From Armatimonadota bacterium (GTDB lineage Bacteria > Armatimonadota > UBA5829), in NCBI GenBank assembly GCA_050948905.1, contig JBMNES010000001.1:2592083-2656082 (forward strand): a DNA stretch of 64,000 bases, read 5' to 3'. Shown here in pieces: positions 37,371 to 47,008 of this stretch (positions are counted from its first letter, which is position 1; each line of letters starts with the position of its first letter). Both the position numbers and the translations under genes were made by a program. The notes below the pieces were generated by a model, which was given only the letters and a program-made list of their open reading frames with translations, ran no database searches and had not been told where the DNA came from.

Positions 37371-38021
37371 TTGACTATGAGCTGGGTTTCTACTATAAAA
37401 TGGGTGTCGTGGAATGCTATGCTTGCCGTAATACCAGTGGCTGCAGGGTACGCGATCAGGGCTGTTTACAAGAGCAAGACTACTGCCGCCTTGCGATACG
37501 GTGTCCTGGCCGTTCTGGCAGTGCTATGGTTCGTGTTTCTGCCCAACACATGTTATTTGCTGACTGAGTGGCGGCATTTTTTGGTGACAGTGGACGGAAA
37601 GAACCTATTCTTGCGAGCCAGGGTCGATAATGCATATCTAATTGAGTTAATATCGTTGTCGTTGTTTTATTTTTTATACAGCTCGTTTGGCATGCTGATG
37701 TTTGCGCTGGCGATTCGTCCTGTGGAAAAAGCCGTGGTGAAAGGCGGATTGGCGCTTCGGCTGTGGGCGTTTCCGTTCTTTGCCGCTGTGTCTGTCGGAG
37801 TATATCTCGGATTAATTTTGCGCTTTAACAGTTGGGATTTGCTCACCAGGCCTGCGACCGTCTGGAGCGCAGTCATAGAACTTACCGCCCGCCCTGTACT
37901 TTCTATGTTCATAATTGGATTCGGTGTGTTCCTTTGGATCGCTTATGAACTCTTGGATATATGGATAGATGGGTTCCATTATCGGCTTGCTTTGCTGAAA
38001 AATACAAATCAGGAGAATTAG
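37371..38021 (+). CDS. membrane protein, DUF1361-like
   Basis: 216 aa, about 6 TM; LRFNSWDLL motif; stop TAG immediately followed by GTG start of the histidine kinase. Confidence 0.45.
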   Translation: MTMSWVSTIKWVSWNAMLAVIPVAAGYAIRAVYKSKTTAALRYGVLAVLAVLWFVFLPNTCYLLTEWRHFLVTVDGKNLFLRARVDNAYLIELISLSLFYFLYSSFGMLMFALAIRPVEKAVVKGGLALRLWAFPFFAAVSVGVYLGLILRFNSWDLLTRPATVWSAVIELTARPVLSMFIIGFGVFLWIAYELLDIWIDGFHYRLALLKNTNQEN

Positions 38022-40247
38022 GTGCCTCAAAATTCAGGTTCTACAGACATAAACTGCGAAAAAATCCTCTCTGTTCTACCGGTCGGATTGCTTCTCGCGG
38101 ATGCTAATGGCGTTAACGTCCGTGTCAATGACGAGGCCGTGCGCATGACTGGATATTCTAAGGAAGAGTTGCTGGCTGGGGTGTGGATGATCGACCCGGA
38201 GGATTCCAAGGCCCGGCGTTTGTGGCAGGAGTCGATAGAGGGAAAAGCTGGCACCAACTATGAAACTCGACTGATTCGTAAAGACGGCAGCGCTATTTGG
38301 GTCTCCATTTCCTGGCGACCAATGTATGATGACGATGGGGTCCACAGCGGCGCCTGTATTATGTTGTTGGACATAACCGAGAAAAAGAACACCGAAGAGC
38401 ATCTCAATCTGGTCGGAAAGCGGCTGGAAGACCTATCCGAAAGAGCTTCGGATATACTCTGGGAGATGACTCCTGACGGGCGGTTTACCTATGTATCGAA
38501 CGGGGTTCATTCTCTTGGTTTCGAGCCTTCCGATTGCCTGGGTCATTCACTTATCGAGTTCCTACCGGAAGCTGGGCAGGCCGAATTAAAAAGATTGCTG
38601 GCTGATGGGTCCAGAGAACCAGGGCCGCGTCATTACGAGATGCCTCTGATAAAGAAAGATGGCTCGCTTATCTGGATGGATATACTGTCAGACGCTATAG
38701 TGACTGACGGCAAAATAATCGGCTTTCACGGCGTCTCTCGTGACATTAGTGAGCGGAAGCAGGCTGAAAATGCTCTGCGCGAAAGTGAAGAACGATATAA
38801 GAGTATAGTAGAGAACTCCCAGGATATGATCCTGCTCACTACCCCCGCCGGCCAGATTATATACGTCAGCCCAGCCTGTTATGACGTAACTGGATATACA
38901 CCCCAACAGATAATGCAGCAACAACTATGGCTGATTCATCCGGATGACACGGAAAGGATGCGCAAGGAGTATCTTCGTGCTCGCACAGGTGAGTCTGAGA
39001 CCGGGATTGAATTCCGCTGCATCACAAAACAGGGCGAAATACGCTGGCAGTCGCAGTCGTGGTCGCCGATAATGGACGGCGACAAAGTGCGCCTGGTAGT
39101 CAGCATCATCCGTGACATAACCGATCGAGTCCGCAGCGAGGCAGCACTGTGTGAAAGCGAGGCGCGCTATAAGGGCATAGTCGAACACTCCAGCGATCTC
39201 ATTGTGCTTTGCCAGCCTGATGGAGTCTGGACTTATGCCAGCCCGGCTTGTAAGGAAATCCTGGGTTATGAACCAGAGGAAGTCGTCGGCTCTATGCCAA
39301 TTATCTCGCTGCCACAGGATCAGGAGTGGCTGATGCCGATCTTCCACAAGGCGATGGCTGGAGAAACTGGCTCAAACTTGCAGTACCGAGTGCGTACTAA
39401 GACTGGTGAAATCAGATGGATCTCGCATGCGTGGACGCCGATTCTGGAAGATGGCCGGGTGACCCAGGTGCTGAACGTCGTGCGAGATATTACTGACCAG
39501 AAACAATCAGAACAAGCTTTGCTTGCAGCTCATACCGAACTAAAACGGGCATATAAGCTCCAGCAGGAATTCATCAATAATATAACCCACGAAGTGCGCA
39601 CACCTCTTACCGCTGTAAAGGGTTATGCCGAGATGCTGTTGGAAGAACTCGCAGGGCCGGTCAGCGAGGAGCAATCAAGCATGCTAAATAAAGTCCTGAC
39701 CAGTTCGGATCATCTTTTGCAAATCGTCAACGGCGTGCTGGAGGTTGCGCGTCTTAGAAGCGGCAAGATCGCTGTAAATCAACGTATCAGCAATCCCAGA
39801 AAAGCTGTCGATAGAGCTATTTCGGCAGTGTTGCCACAGGCGACCAAAAAAAACCTGGAAATTAAAGTGCTGCCCTACTCAACAGGCTGCCCCGCAATGT
39901 ATGACGCAGATAAGGTGCAGATGATTGTCACTAACCTGCTCTCAAATGCGGTCAAGTTTACCGAGTCAGGAACGATCAGTGTTGAGGTAGAATGCACACA
40001 AGATGGCGCGGAGATTGTGGTCGCGGACACAGGGATAGGAATTGCCACGCGCGATCTCACCAGTATCTATGATGAATTCAGCCAGCTGGATTTCCCCGGC
40101 AAGCACAAACCATCCGGCTTTGGCATCGGTCTCGCACTTGTGGCTACAATGGTGGACATAATAGGCGCCAGCCTGACGGTATCAAGCGCAAAGGGCGTCG
40201 GCACGGCATTTCTACTCAAGCTGCCAACATTAAATGAAAGCTCTTGA
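38022..40247 (+). CDS. cytoplasmic multi-PAS sensor histidine kinase
   Basis: 741 aa; four PAS/PAC repeats, HisKA H-box ITHEVRTPLTAVKGYAEML, HATPase_c N/G1/G2 boxes (LLSNAVKFT, DTGIGI, GFGIGLALV); GTG start with AGGAGA 9 nt upstream. Confidence 0.85.
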   Translation: MPQNSGSTDINCEKILSVLPVGLLLADANGVNVRVNDEAVRMTGYSKEELLAGVWMIDPEDSKARRLWQESIEGKAGTNYETRLIRKDGSAIWVSISWRPMYDDDGVHSGACIMLLDITEKKNTEEHLNLVGKRLEDLSERASDILWEMTPDGRFTYVSNGVHSLGFEPSDCLGHSLIEFLPEAGQAELKRLLADGSREPGPRHYEMPLIKKDGSLIWMDILSDAIVTDGKIIGFHGVSRDISERKQAENALRESEERYKSIVENSQDMILLTTPAGQIIYVSPACYDVTGYTPQQIMQQQLWLIHPDDTERMRKEYLRARTGESETGIEFRCITKQGEIRWQSQSWSPIMDGDKVRLVVSIIRDITDRVRSEAALCESEARYKGIVEHSSDLIVLCQPDGVWTYASPACKEILGYEPEEVVGSMPIISLPQDQEWLMPIFHKAMAGETGSNLQYRVRTKTGEIRWISHAWTPILEDGRVTQVLNVVRDITDQKQSEQALLAAHTELKRAYKLQQEFINNITHEVRTPLTAVKGYAEMLLEELAGPVSEEQSSMLNKVLTSSDHLLQIVNGVLEVARLRSGKIAVNQRISNPRKAVDRAISAVLPQATKKNLEIKVLPYSTGCPAMYDADKVQMIVTNLLSNAVKFTESGTISVEVECTQDGAEIVVADTGIGIATRDLTSIYDEFSQLDFPGKHKPSGFGIGLALVATMVDIIGASLTVSSAKGVGTAFLLKLPTLNESS

Positions 40248-40252
40248 GCTAT

Positions 40253-40277
40253 GGGCGGCGACATAGCATCGCCACCC
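40253..40277. terminator. candidate hairpin between convergent genes
   Basis: GGGCGGCGA-CATAGCA-TCGCCACCC, 9-bp stem with one mismatch, between HK stop (40247) and nucleotidase stop (40307); weak U-tract. Confidence 0.3.
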
Positions 40278-40306
40278 ATACGATTTGTAGAGAATGCGAG
40301 CACCGC

Positions 40307-41356
40307 CTATTTGGCAGTGGCTGCGGCAGGTGTAAGCGCCGGGGCGGCTTTTGAAGCCTCGAGTTTCGCGAGATACCGGTCGACTATCGCTGCAATTGTC
40401 GGGTCCTCCGGTATCTTACTGTCAATCCACAGCAGTTCCCCGTGGCAGCTCATTAGGGAATATTTTCCGGATTCAGGATCGCGACGGAAGACCACTCGGG
40501 TTTTGCCCATCTCCGAACCCCACTGATACGCCTGCACCACCGGCACAGCGCCGAGCGAGTAGGCAGTAGGCTCCGCCACTTTGACCATAGTTGGAGTAGC
40601 CAGACGAGTATGCGTATGCCCGCCCAGGATTACATCAATCCCCGGCACCGACTTGGCCAGTTCCTGATCAAGAGCGTAACCGAGATGGCTGAGAACGATT
40701 ACGATATCGGCCTTCTGCCTGATCTCCGGCACCATCTTTTTGGCGACTTCGATTGGGTCGATTTGTATGAGACCGAGCTCTTTTCTGCCCTTATAGTTGT
40801 CTTTGTTGACCAGTGAGGTTATGAGGCCAAGCAAGCCTACTCGGACCCCGCCATATTCGCGGATCGTATATGGCTCCAGGAACGGTTTTCGGGTTTTCTC
40901 GTTGACCAAATTGGCGCATATCCAGGGAAAGTTCGATGCCCTAAGATTTCGCAGAGTGATTTTTGAGGGATGCTCAAATTCATGATTGCCTGGTTCCATG
41001 GCGATGAGCCCTAAGGCGTTCATAATCTCGATGTCCGGCTCGCCTCGAAAAGCTTTTGCCAGGGGGCTCGCTCCAAGCGTCAGATCGCCTGAATCGAACA
41101 GAAGCACATAGCCCTGGTTCGGGTTCGCCCTCTCTCGATTTATGAGAGTCGCACGCCTGGCCGCACCGCCGACGTTTTCGAGGCTCGGCAAGTCTTTCTC
41201 ATATTTGGTCCCCTGTTTAAACGGGACGACGTTGGCGTGTAAGTCATTTGTGGATAGAAGGGTGAACTCAATATACGATGGCTGCTGCGCATAAGCAGCA
41301 AACGGCACCATAATCGCGAGAAGAAGTGCTAGTGGGATTAAAAATCTGCGTAACAT
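40307..41356 (-). CDS. secreted metallophosphoesterase, 5'-nucleotidase/UshA N-domain type
   Basis: 349 aa; signal peptide MLRRFLIPLALLLAIMVPFAAYAQ; calcineurin-like motifs LSTNDLH, GNHEF, GGHTH. Confidence 0.7.
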   Translation of the reverse strand: MLRRFLIPLALLLAIMVPFAAYAQQPSYIEFTLLSTNDLHANVVPFKQGTKYEKDLPSLENVGGAARRATLINRERANPNQGYVLLFDSGDLTLGASPLAKAFRGEPDIEIMNALGLIAMEPGNHEFEHPSKITLRNLRASNFPWICANLVNEKTRKPFLEPYTIREYGGVRVGLLGLITSLVNKDNYKGRKELGLIQIDPIEVAKKMVPEIRQKADIVIVLSHLGYALDQELAKSVPGIDVILGGHTHTRLATPTMVKVAEPTAYSLGAVPVVQAYQWGSEMGKTRVVFRRDPESGKYSLMSCHGELLWIDSKIPEDPTIAAIVDRYLAKLEASKAAPALTPAAATAK

Positions 41357-41522
41357 GTTTCCTCCTGGCTGAATGCATTATTTGAGAACGATAGCGCAGA
41401 CGTTTCACTCCGGGGAAAATCGGAGCATCCATCTGCGGGATATATGCTACTTCTCGGCCCTTCTTCGAACCTCCTTCTGAAGGAAAACACAATTTCTTAA
41501 TCGAAAGAGTCTTTATCGAGGA

Positions 41523-42653
41523 TTGTCTGTGGTGCGAATGCTGCTTAAAATCATGTGTTGGGGAATGTTACTGATGGCAACATGGAACATATCTGCTTCT
41601 GATGTTCGAATCACTGCGGTAGCCTTGCCGGAGTATGATGCAAGGTTTCAGAGAACCGACGGGTGGATCGGTGCTGATGGGGATTACTCTGCCGCTCTGG
41701 ATGATAACACGGTGGTCTGGTTATTCAGTGACACGTTTATCGGCTCTGTCCGGGACAACCGCCGCGTCAATGCGACCCTGATTAACAATTCGGTCGGCAT
41801 TCAACACTTGAAATCTTCGAAACCAATCGAATTTTACTATGGCACGAACGCCGATGGTCAGCCCGCTGCATTCGTAACGCCGGACGATGGAAAAGGCTAT
41901 TTCTGGCTCTTTTCTGGCGTGTCCACCAGCAATGGTTTATCGATATTTCTGACCAGAGTCAGACAAAGCGACGCAAACCCAGCTTTTCCATTTAAAACCT
42001 TTGGTATGGCGCTGGGCCACATTTCAAACCCGTTAGATCCTCCGTCAAAATGGCGTATCACACAACAGCAGGTCCCATTCTGCAGGTTCACAGACAGCGG
42101 GTCGTTATTATTAGGTTCCGCCACTCTGAAGGTCGGCTCGTATGTCTATGTCTATGGCTCAGATTCACTGCGCAAAGATAAAGACGGCAAGCGTCTCAAC
42201 TCTATGATTGCGGCGCGTGTGCCTGAGGATAAGCTCGGTGATTTCAGCAAATGGAGGTTCCTCAGCGGCGGTAAGTGGATCACCAACGCGACCCGCTGCG
42301 ATACTCTTTTTGCCGGCCCTCCCACCGAGTTCAGCGTCTCATATGTTCCAGGAATTAAGCAATACGCGGCCGTGTATATGCACCACGGGATATTTGGAAA
42401 AATCATGGTTCGTCTCTCACCGACTCCGGAAGGTCCCTGGGGAGAGGAGAAGATGGTCTTTGATTGCCCCGATCAGAATTGGCATAAAGCCGCCTACAGC
42501 TACGCTGCGAAAGCTCACCCGGAGCTATCGACTAACCCCAACGAGCTTATCGTAACCTATGCTACCAATTCGATGGAATTCGCAGACCTATTCGAGGATG
42601 CCCGGCTCTATTGGCCAAGGTTTATCAGGCTCACCTTCGATTCACCAAAGTAG
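41523..42653 (+). CDS. secreted hypothetical protein, DUF4185-like (sialidase/beta-propeller-like)
   Basis: 376 aa; signal peptide; GWIGADGDYSAALDDNTVVWLFSDTFIG block recalled as DUF4185 core. Confidence 0.45.
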   Translation: MSVVRMLLKIMCWGMLLMATWNISASDVRITAVALPEYDARFQRTDGWIGADGDYSAALDDNTVVWLFSDTFIGSVRDNRRVNATLINNSVGIQHLKSSKPIEFYYGTNADGQPAAFVTPDDGKGYFWLFSGVSTSNGLSIFLTRVRQSDANPAFPFKTFGMALGHISNPLDPPSKWRITQQQVPFCRFTDSGSLLLGSATLKVGSYVYVYGSDSLRKDKDGKRLNSMIAARVPEDKLGDFSKWRFLSGGKWITNATRCDTLFAGPPTEFSVSYVPGIKQYAAVYMHHGIFGKIMVRLSPTPEGPWGEEKMVFDCPDQNWHKAAYSYAAKAHPELSTNPNELIVTYATNSMEFADLFEDARLYWPRFIRLTFDSPK

Positions 42654-42923
42654 CTTAACCGAGGCATACCAAAGCACTCCGCTGATGATGAGAGTGGGAA
42701 ACAAATAGGCGAGATCGCGAGTTGCGGCCTTGCGATCGCTTTTGTTGCCAAAATAGAGGACCAGCTCAGTAAGGATCAGCAGTAAAGTACCCAGCATCAC
42801 CAGACCCGGAGCCATCGGCACTATGCACAGTAGCAGCTTGGTCATGCCCTCCGCAACGAACCAAATCAGCGCCAGTGCGAGTATCAATATGACCCCTGCA
42901 ATAAGAACAAACCCAGCTACCAT
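42642..42923 (-). CDS. small membrane protein (3 TM)
   Basis: 93 aa, hydrophobic; starts 3 nt after stop of GTPase gene; 12-nt convergent overlap with 41523..42653. Confidence 0.35.
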   Translation of the reverse strand: MVAGFVLIAGVILILALALIWFVAEGMTKLLLCIVPMAPGLVMLGTLLLILTELVLYFGNKSDRKAATRDLAYLFPTLIISGVLWYASVKLLW

Positions 42924-42925
42924 AT

Positions 42926-43939
42926 CTAATCGTGCATCTCCACTATATCGCCATCTTCGAGAACGTGGTCACGGCCAATTTGTGCGCCGTCGAGGTGATT
43001 TTTGCCCCAGGCGCGAGCAAATCTCAGACTCTTTACGAAATCCTTGTGTACTGTCGCGGCGAAATCCATCAACGTGCTGCCCTTTTTCAAAGTAAACGGA
43101 CGTTTGGTGTCCGCAGGCTTGCCTGGCAGTTTTGTATAGACACGCACAACGTTTAGGGAGTTAAAGATTCCCTGCCTCAGCTCCTCCAAGCCCTCCCCGG
43201 TCGCTGCAGATACCCGATATATTTCATATTCATCCGAGTAGAACTCTTCCAGGACATCTGCATTATCCTCCGCACCTGGTCGATCCATCTTATTGGCAAC
43301 GATCAGGGCGGGCATAACGATGTTATCGGCTTTAGCATCCGATGCCGAGGCGTATGTTCCTGCTAAAATCAGCCTTGATTTTGCGGTAAGAGCTTTGATC
43401 TCCTCTATATGATCCAACAGCGCATTGTCCTGCGCGTCGAGCACAATCCCCACCGCATCGGCAATACGCGTCATACTAATTAAAGCCCCGTCCGTATGAT
43501 CGTTAAAAAGCCCCGGAGTGTCCACAAGCTGGACGGTCACGTCCTCATATTCCATCATACCAGGTTGTGGCGCGCGGGTGGTATATGGATAATCCGCAAT
43601 TTCTGGTTCTGCTGAGGTCAGTTTGTCAAACAGAGTCGATCTTCCCGCATTTGGAGGTCCGATCAGCACAACTTGACCCGCGCCCTGTTTTTCAATATGA
43701 AACTCGTTAAATCTTTTGGTCTTTTTGCCGGACTGCTTCTCTTTATCATGCAGTTTTGATATGCGGCGTTTTATGTCAGCCCGAAGCTTTTCGGTGCCTT
43801 TATGCTTCGGTATCGTCGCATACATCTCGTCGAGTGCAGCGAGCTTGTCTTCGGTTGTCACCGCCGCTCGAAATCTCGCTTCGGCAGCGAGATAATCCGG
43901 TGTGAGATTCGCCGGCATGGCTCGTATTCTCCAACGCAA
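42926..43939 (-). CDS. OBG-family GTPase of DRG/Rbg1 type with C-terminal TGS domain
   Basis: 337 aa; about 90-aa N-terminal helical region, G1 GPPNAGRST, G3 DTPGL, C-terminal TGS-like VRVYTKLPGK...GDIVEM. Confidence 0.7.
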   Translation of the reverse strand: MRWRIRAMPANLTPDYLAAEARFRAAVTTEDKLAALDEMYATIPKHKGTEKLRADIKRRISKLHDKEKQSGKKTKRFNEFHIEKQGAGQVVLIGPPNAGRSTLFDKLTSAEPEIADYPYTTRAPQPGMMEYEDVTVQLVDTPGLFNDHTDGALISMTRIADAVGIVLDAQDNALLDHIEEIKALTAKSRLILAGTYASASDAKADNIVMPALIVANKMDRPGAEDNADVLEEFYSDEYEIYRVSAATGEGLEELRQGIFNSLNVVRVYTKLPGKPADTKRPFTLKKGSTLMDFAATVHKDFVKSLRFARAWGKNHLDGAQIGRDHVLEDGDIVEMHD

Positions 43940-43982
43940 ATGATGTGATGAAGCCTTCTACAAACCCACCGTACATGCCTGC

Positions 43983-44474
43983 TTACGGGCGTTTTTTCAT
44001 AGAATCAATGGTCTGGGTTGTGGAGTATTGGTGTGTATTGGTAGTTTCATAAGGGATAATCTCCACGCGGCCGCCGAACGCTTTCATAATCTCCGCTTCG
44101 GGCATTTTTTCTATGCTGTAGTCCCCACCCTTGACGTCGACATCCGGCTTGATCGTTTCAATCAGCTCTACTGGCGTATCCTCGTCGAAAAGCACGACAT
44201 AATCTACGCAGCCCAACGCGGCGAGAACTTCTGCGCGGTCGGTCTCCGTGTTGACCGGCCTGCCGATGCCTTTTAACCTGCGCACGGATTGATCGGTGTT
44301 GACTCCCACCACGAGCACATCCCCCATCTCCCGGGCGCGCTGCAGATAGCGCACATGCCCCACGTGGAGAATATCGAAGCAGCCGTTGGTGAAGACCACC
44401 GTCTTTCCAGCAGTTTTAGCCTCGGAAATTTTAACGGCTGCCTGCTCACGTGAGATTATTTTGTTACACTTCAA
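43983..44474 (-). CDS. D-glycero-beta-D-manno-heptose-1-phosphate adenylyltransferase-like (RfaE domain II, standalone)
   Basis: 163 aa; TVVFTNGCFDILHVGHVRYLQRAREMGDVLVVGVNTDQSVRRLKG...RPVN matches HldE C-terminal domain. Confidence 0.75.
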   Translation of the reverse strand: MKCNKIISREQAAVKISEAKTAGKTVVFTNGCFDILHVGHVRYLQRAREMGDVLVVGVNTDQSVRRLKGIGRPVNTETDRAEVLAALGCVDYVVLFDEDTPVELIETIKPDVDVKGGDYSIEKMPEAEIMKAFGGRVEIIPYETTNTHQYSTTQTIDSMKKRP

Positions 44475-45105
44475 CCTCGCCCAGCACCTTTCTAACCTGT
44501 TCTACATCGACGGAGCCTTGTCGAACGATTTTAGGCGGCGTGACAGTCATATCCACAACCGTCGACGCCACTCCCAGCCGGCTGCGGCCGCCGTCGAGCA
44601 CCACTGCAACATTTTCTCCCACCTCGCCGATAGCCTCAGCAGCGGTAGCCGGAGCCGGCTGCCCGGTTACGTTTGCGCTTGTCGCAACGATAGGCCCACC
44701 GAACTCAGTCAGAAGCGCCAGGGCTACAGGGTGATCGGGAATGCGCACTCCAACCGTCGTCCCGCCTCCAGTTACAAGGGTGGGCAATCCGGCAGCTTTA
44801 GGTAAAATAACTGTCAACTGCCCCGGCCAGAAAAGCTCTGCGAGTCGCTCGGCCTCTGGTGATAGATACTCCACCACCTTGAATATTTCCTTTACACTCC
44901 CCACCTGTACCGGCAGCGGCTGACGCTCAATTCGGCCTTTTGCCTCAAAGACTGCCTTTACCGCAGCGTTATTAAATGCATCTGCGGCAAGTCCATATAC
45001 CGTCTCAGTCGGAAAAACGACAAGCTCACCGCGCTTCAGTGCGTCGACTGCTGTTCGAATGGTGAGGATATTGGGGTTAATAGGATCGATTTTAAGCGTA
45101 ATCAT
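44464..45105 (-). CDS. tsaC: L-threonylcarbamoyladenylate synthase (YrdC/TsaC type)
   Basis: 213 aa; LKRGELVVFPTETVYGLAADA and IVATSAN motifs. Confidence 0.85.
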   Translation of the reverse strand: MITLKIDPINPNILTIRTAVDALKRGELVVFPTETVYGLAADAFNNAAVKAVFEAKGRIERQPLPVQVGSVKEIFKVVEYLSPEAERLAELFWPGQLTVILPKAAGLPTLVTGGGTTVGVRIPDHPVALALLTEFGGPIVATSANVTGQPAPATAAEAIGEVGENVAVVLDGGRSRLGVASTVVDMTVTPPKIVRQGSVDVEQVRKVLGEVEV

Positions 45106-45938
45106 CGGTATGCTATGGCAACCCTTTCGATTCCTGCAAGATCGCGGACGAATTCGATTTCATTCCATCCTGCTCCCCTGGCGATTTTGGCGACGTCCTC
45201 GGCTTGGCCTATGCCGATTTCAATCAATAGCAGTCTAGTCACTTCGCGTGCCTGATTAAACAGCAGTCTGATAATTTCCAAACCATCCGCACTGTCGGTT
45301 AATGCCTGCATCGGCTCACATCTCACTTCCGGATCAAGGGACTCAATCACCCTTCTGGCGATATAAGGCGGGTTGGAAACCACCGCGTCGAAGGTCAAAT
45401 TCAAAGCCAGTATCGGCGCAAGCAAATCGCCCTGCACCATATTTACCCGCTCCGCAACGGAATGCTTGCGCGCATTTGATCTCGCGACAGCCAACGCGTC
45501 CTCGCTGATATCAGTCGCCCATATTCTCGCATTCGGACTGTTCACAGCCAGTGAGACGGCTATCGCGCCGCTGCCTGTGCCGATATCGGCAATTAAAGGA
45601 GCATCTCCTACGCGTTTCAAGCACTCCTCGACCAGTATCTCGGTCTCGGGCCGGGGGATTAATACAGCAGGGGAGACTTCGAAGCTCAAACCAAAGAACT
45701 CTTTTGAGCCCGTAATATATGCCAGAGGGTATCGCTGGGTGCGCTTTTCGACATATTCACGGAAAATGCGCCACTGAGGTTCGGAGAGTTCACGTTCCGG
45801 ATGCGTGATAACATCCAGCCGGGTGCAATTAAGGGCATGCGCCAAAAGCAACTGCGCGTCTAACTGCGGTGAGTCTATCCCAGTTTCTCTTAGCCGCGCA
45901 GTCGCCTTGAAAATTTCGTCGCCGACGGTGCGATCCAC
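45102..45938 (-). CDS. prmC: release factor glutamine N5-methyltransferase
   Basis: 278 aa; DIGTGSGAIAV SAM motif and VVSNPPYI catalytic NPPY. Confidence 0.85.
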   Translation of the reverse strand: MDRTVGDEIFKATARLRETGIDSPQLDAQLLLAHALNCTRLDVITHPERELSEPQWRIFREYVEKRTQRYPLAYITGSKEFFGLSFEVSPAVLIPRPETEILVEECLKRVGDAPLIADIGTGSGAIAVSLAVNSPNARIWATDISEDALAVARSNARKHSVAERVNMVQGDLLAPILALNLTFDAVVSNPPYIARRVIESLDPEVRCEPMQALTDSADGLEIIRLLFNQAREVTRLLLIEIGIGQAEDVAKIARGAGWNEIEFVRDLAGIERVAIAYR

Positions 45939-45939
45939 T

Positions 45940-47007
45940 TCAGGCTTCCACTTGAAGTTTTTCGGCCTGATCCGCCGCGTTGAGGCGATCGATCATATCG
46001 TCAAGCTCCCCGTCCATAAATGCGGGCAGGTTGTAAATCGTATAATCGATTCTATGGTCGGTGATGCGGTTCTGTGGGAAGTTGTAGGTGCGGCTCTTCT
46101 CGCTCCTGTCGCCAGAACCTACCATCGAACGCCGCTTGGCGACGACATCCTGCTGCTGGGCCTGCATCTCTCGTTCGTAAAGTTGGGTTCGCAGCATTCT
46201 CATGGCCCGAAGTTTATTCTGCAACTGCGACCTTTCATCCTGACAGGTAACCACTATGCCGGTTGGTTTGTGAGTGATACGAATAGCGGTCTCGTTTTTT
46301 TGCACGTTCTGCCCGCCCGCGCTGGAGGAGCGATAGGTATCGATTTCCAGATCATCGTTGTTGATGTGAACATCAATCTCGTCGGCTTCCGGCAGCACGC
46401 TGACGGTCACGGCAGATGTGTGAATACGGCCGCTTGATTCCGTCGCCGGGACCCTTTGTACTCGATGCACCCCGCCTTCAAACTTCAACCTGCTGTAAGC
46501 GCCGTTGCCCTTGATGGCCAGGACCGCTTTGCTGAAGCCGCCTATGCCGGATTCGACTGAGCTCATAAGCTCGGTTCCCCACCCTTTTCGCTCGGCGTAT
46601 CGGGTGTACATCCTTAGCAAGTCCCCGGCAAACAAACCGGATTCCTCACCACCAGTGCCGGCGCGGATTTCTACGATTACATCCTTCTCGTCGTTGGGGT
46701 CTTTGGGAATCAGCATAACGCGCAGCTCGTCTTCGTAGCCGGCGATTTTGTCTTTAAGCTCATCAAGTTCAATCTGTGCGAGTTCTCGCATCTCGTCGTC
46801 GAGCTTTCCGTTCAGCATCTCTTCCGTGTCAGTGAGTTGCTGCCGGGCTTGTTTATACTGACGCCATTTGCCCACCAGATCCGCCAGGTCTGAATGGGCC
46901 TTTGCGATCTGCTGGTATGCCTTGAGGTCTTTTATTAACTCAGGGTCGCCGAGTTTGACTTCCAGCGACTCGTATTTTTCTTCTACGTCAGCCAGTTTTT
47001 CAAACAT
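45940..47007 (-). CDS. prfA: peptide chain release factor 1
   Basis: 355 aa; GGQ motif (SSSAGGQNVQKNETAIRITH), PAT tripeptide (RVQRVPATESSGR) indicating RF1. Confidence 0.95.
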   Translation of the reverse strand: MFEKLADVEEKYESLEVKLGDPELIKDLKAYQQIAKAHSDLADLVGKWRQYKQARQQLTDTEEMLNGKLDDEMRELAQIELDELKDKIAGYEDELRVMLIPKDPNDEKDVIVEIRAGTGGEESGLFAGDLLRMYTRYAERKGWGTELMSSVESGIGGFSKAVLAIKGNGAYSRLKFEGGVHRVQRVPATESSGRIHTSAVTVSVLPEADEIDVHINNDDLEIDTYRSSSAGGQNVQKNETAIRITHKPTGIVVTCQDERSQLQNKLRAMRMLRTQLYEREMQAQQQDVVAKRRSMVGSGDRSEKSRTYNFPQNRITDHRIDYTIYNLPAFMDGELDDMIDRLNAADQAEKLQVEA

Positions 47008-47008
47008 A

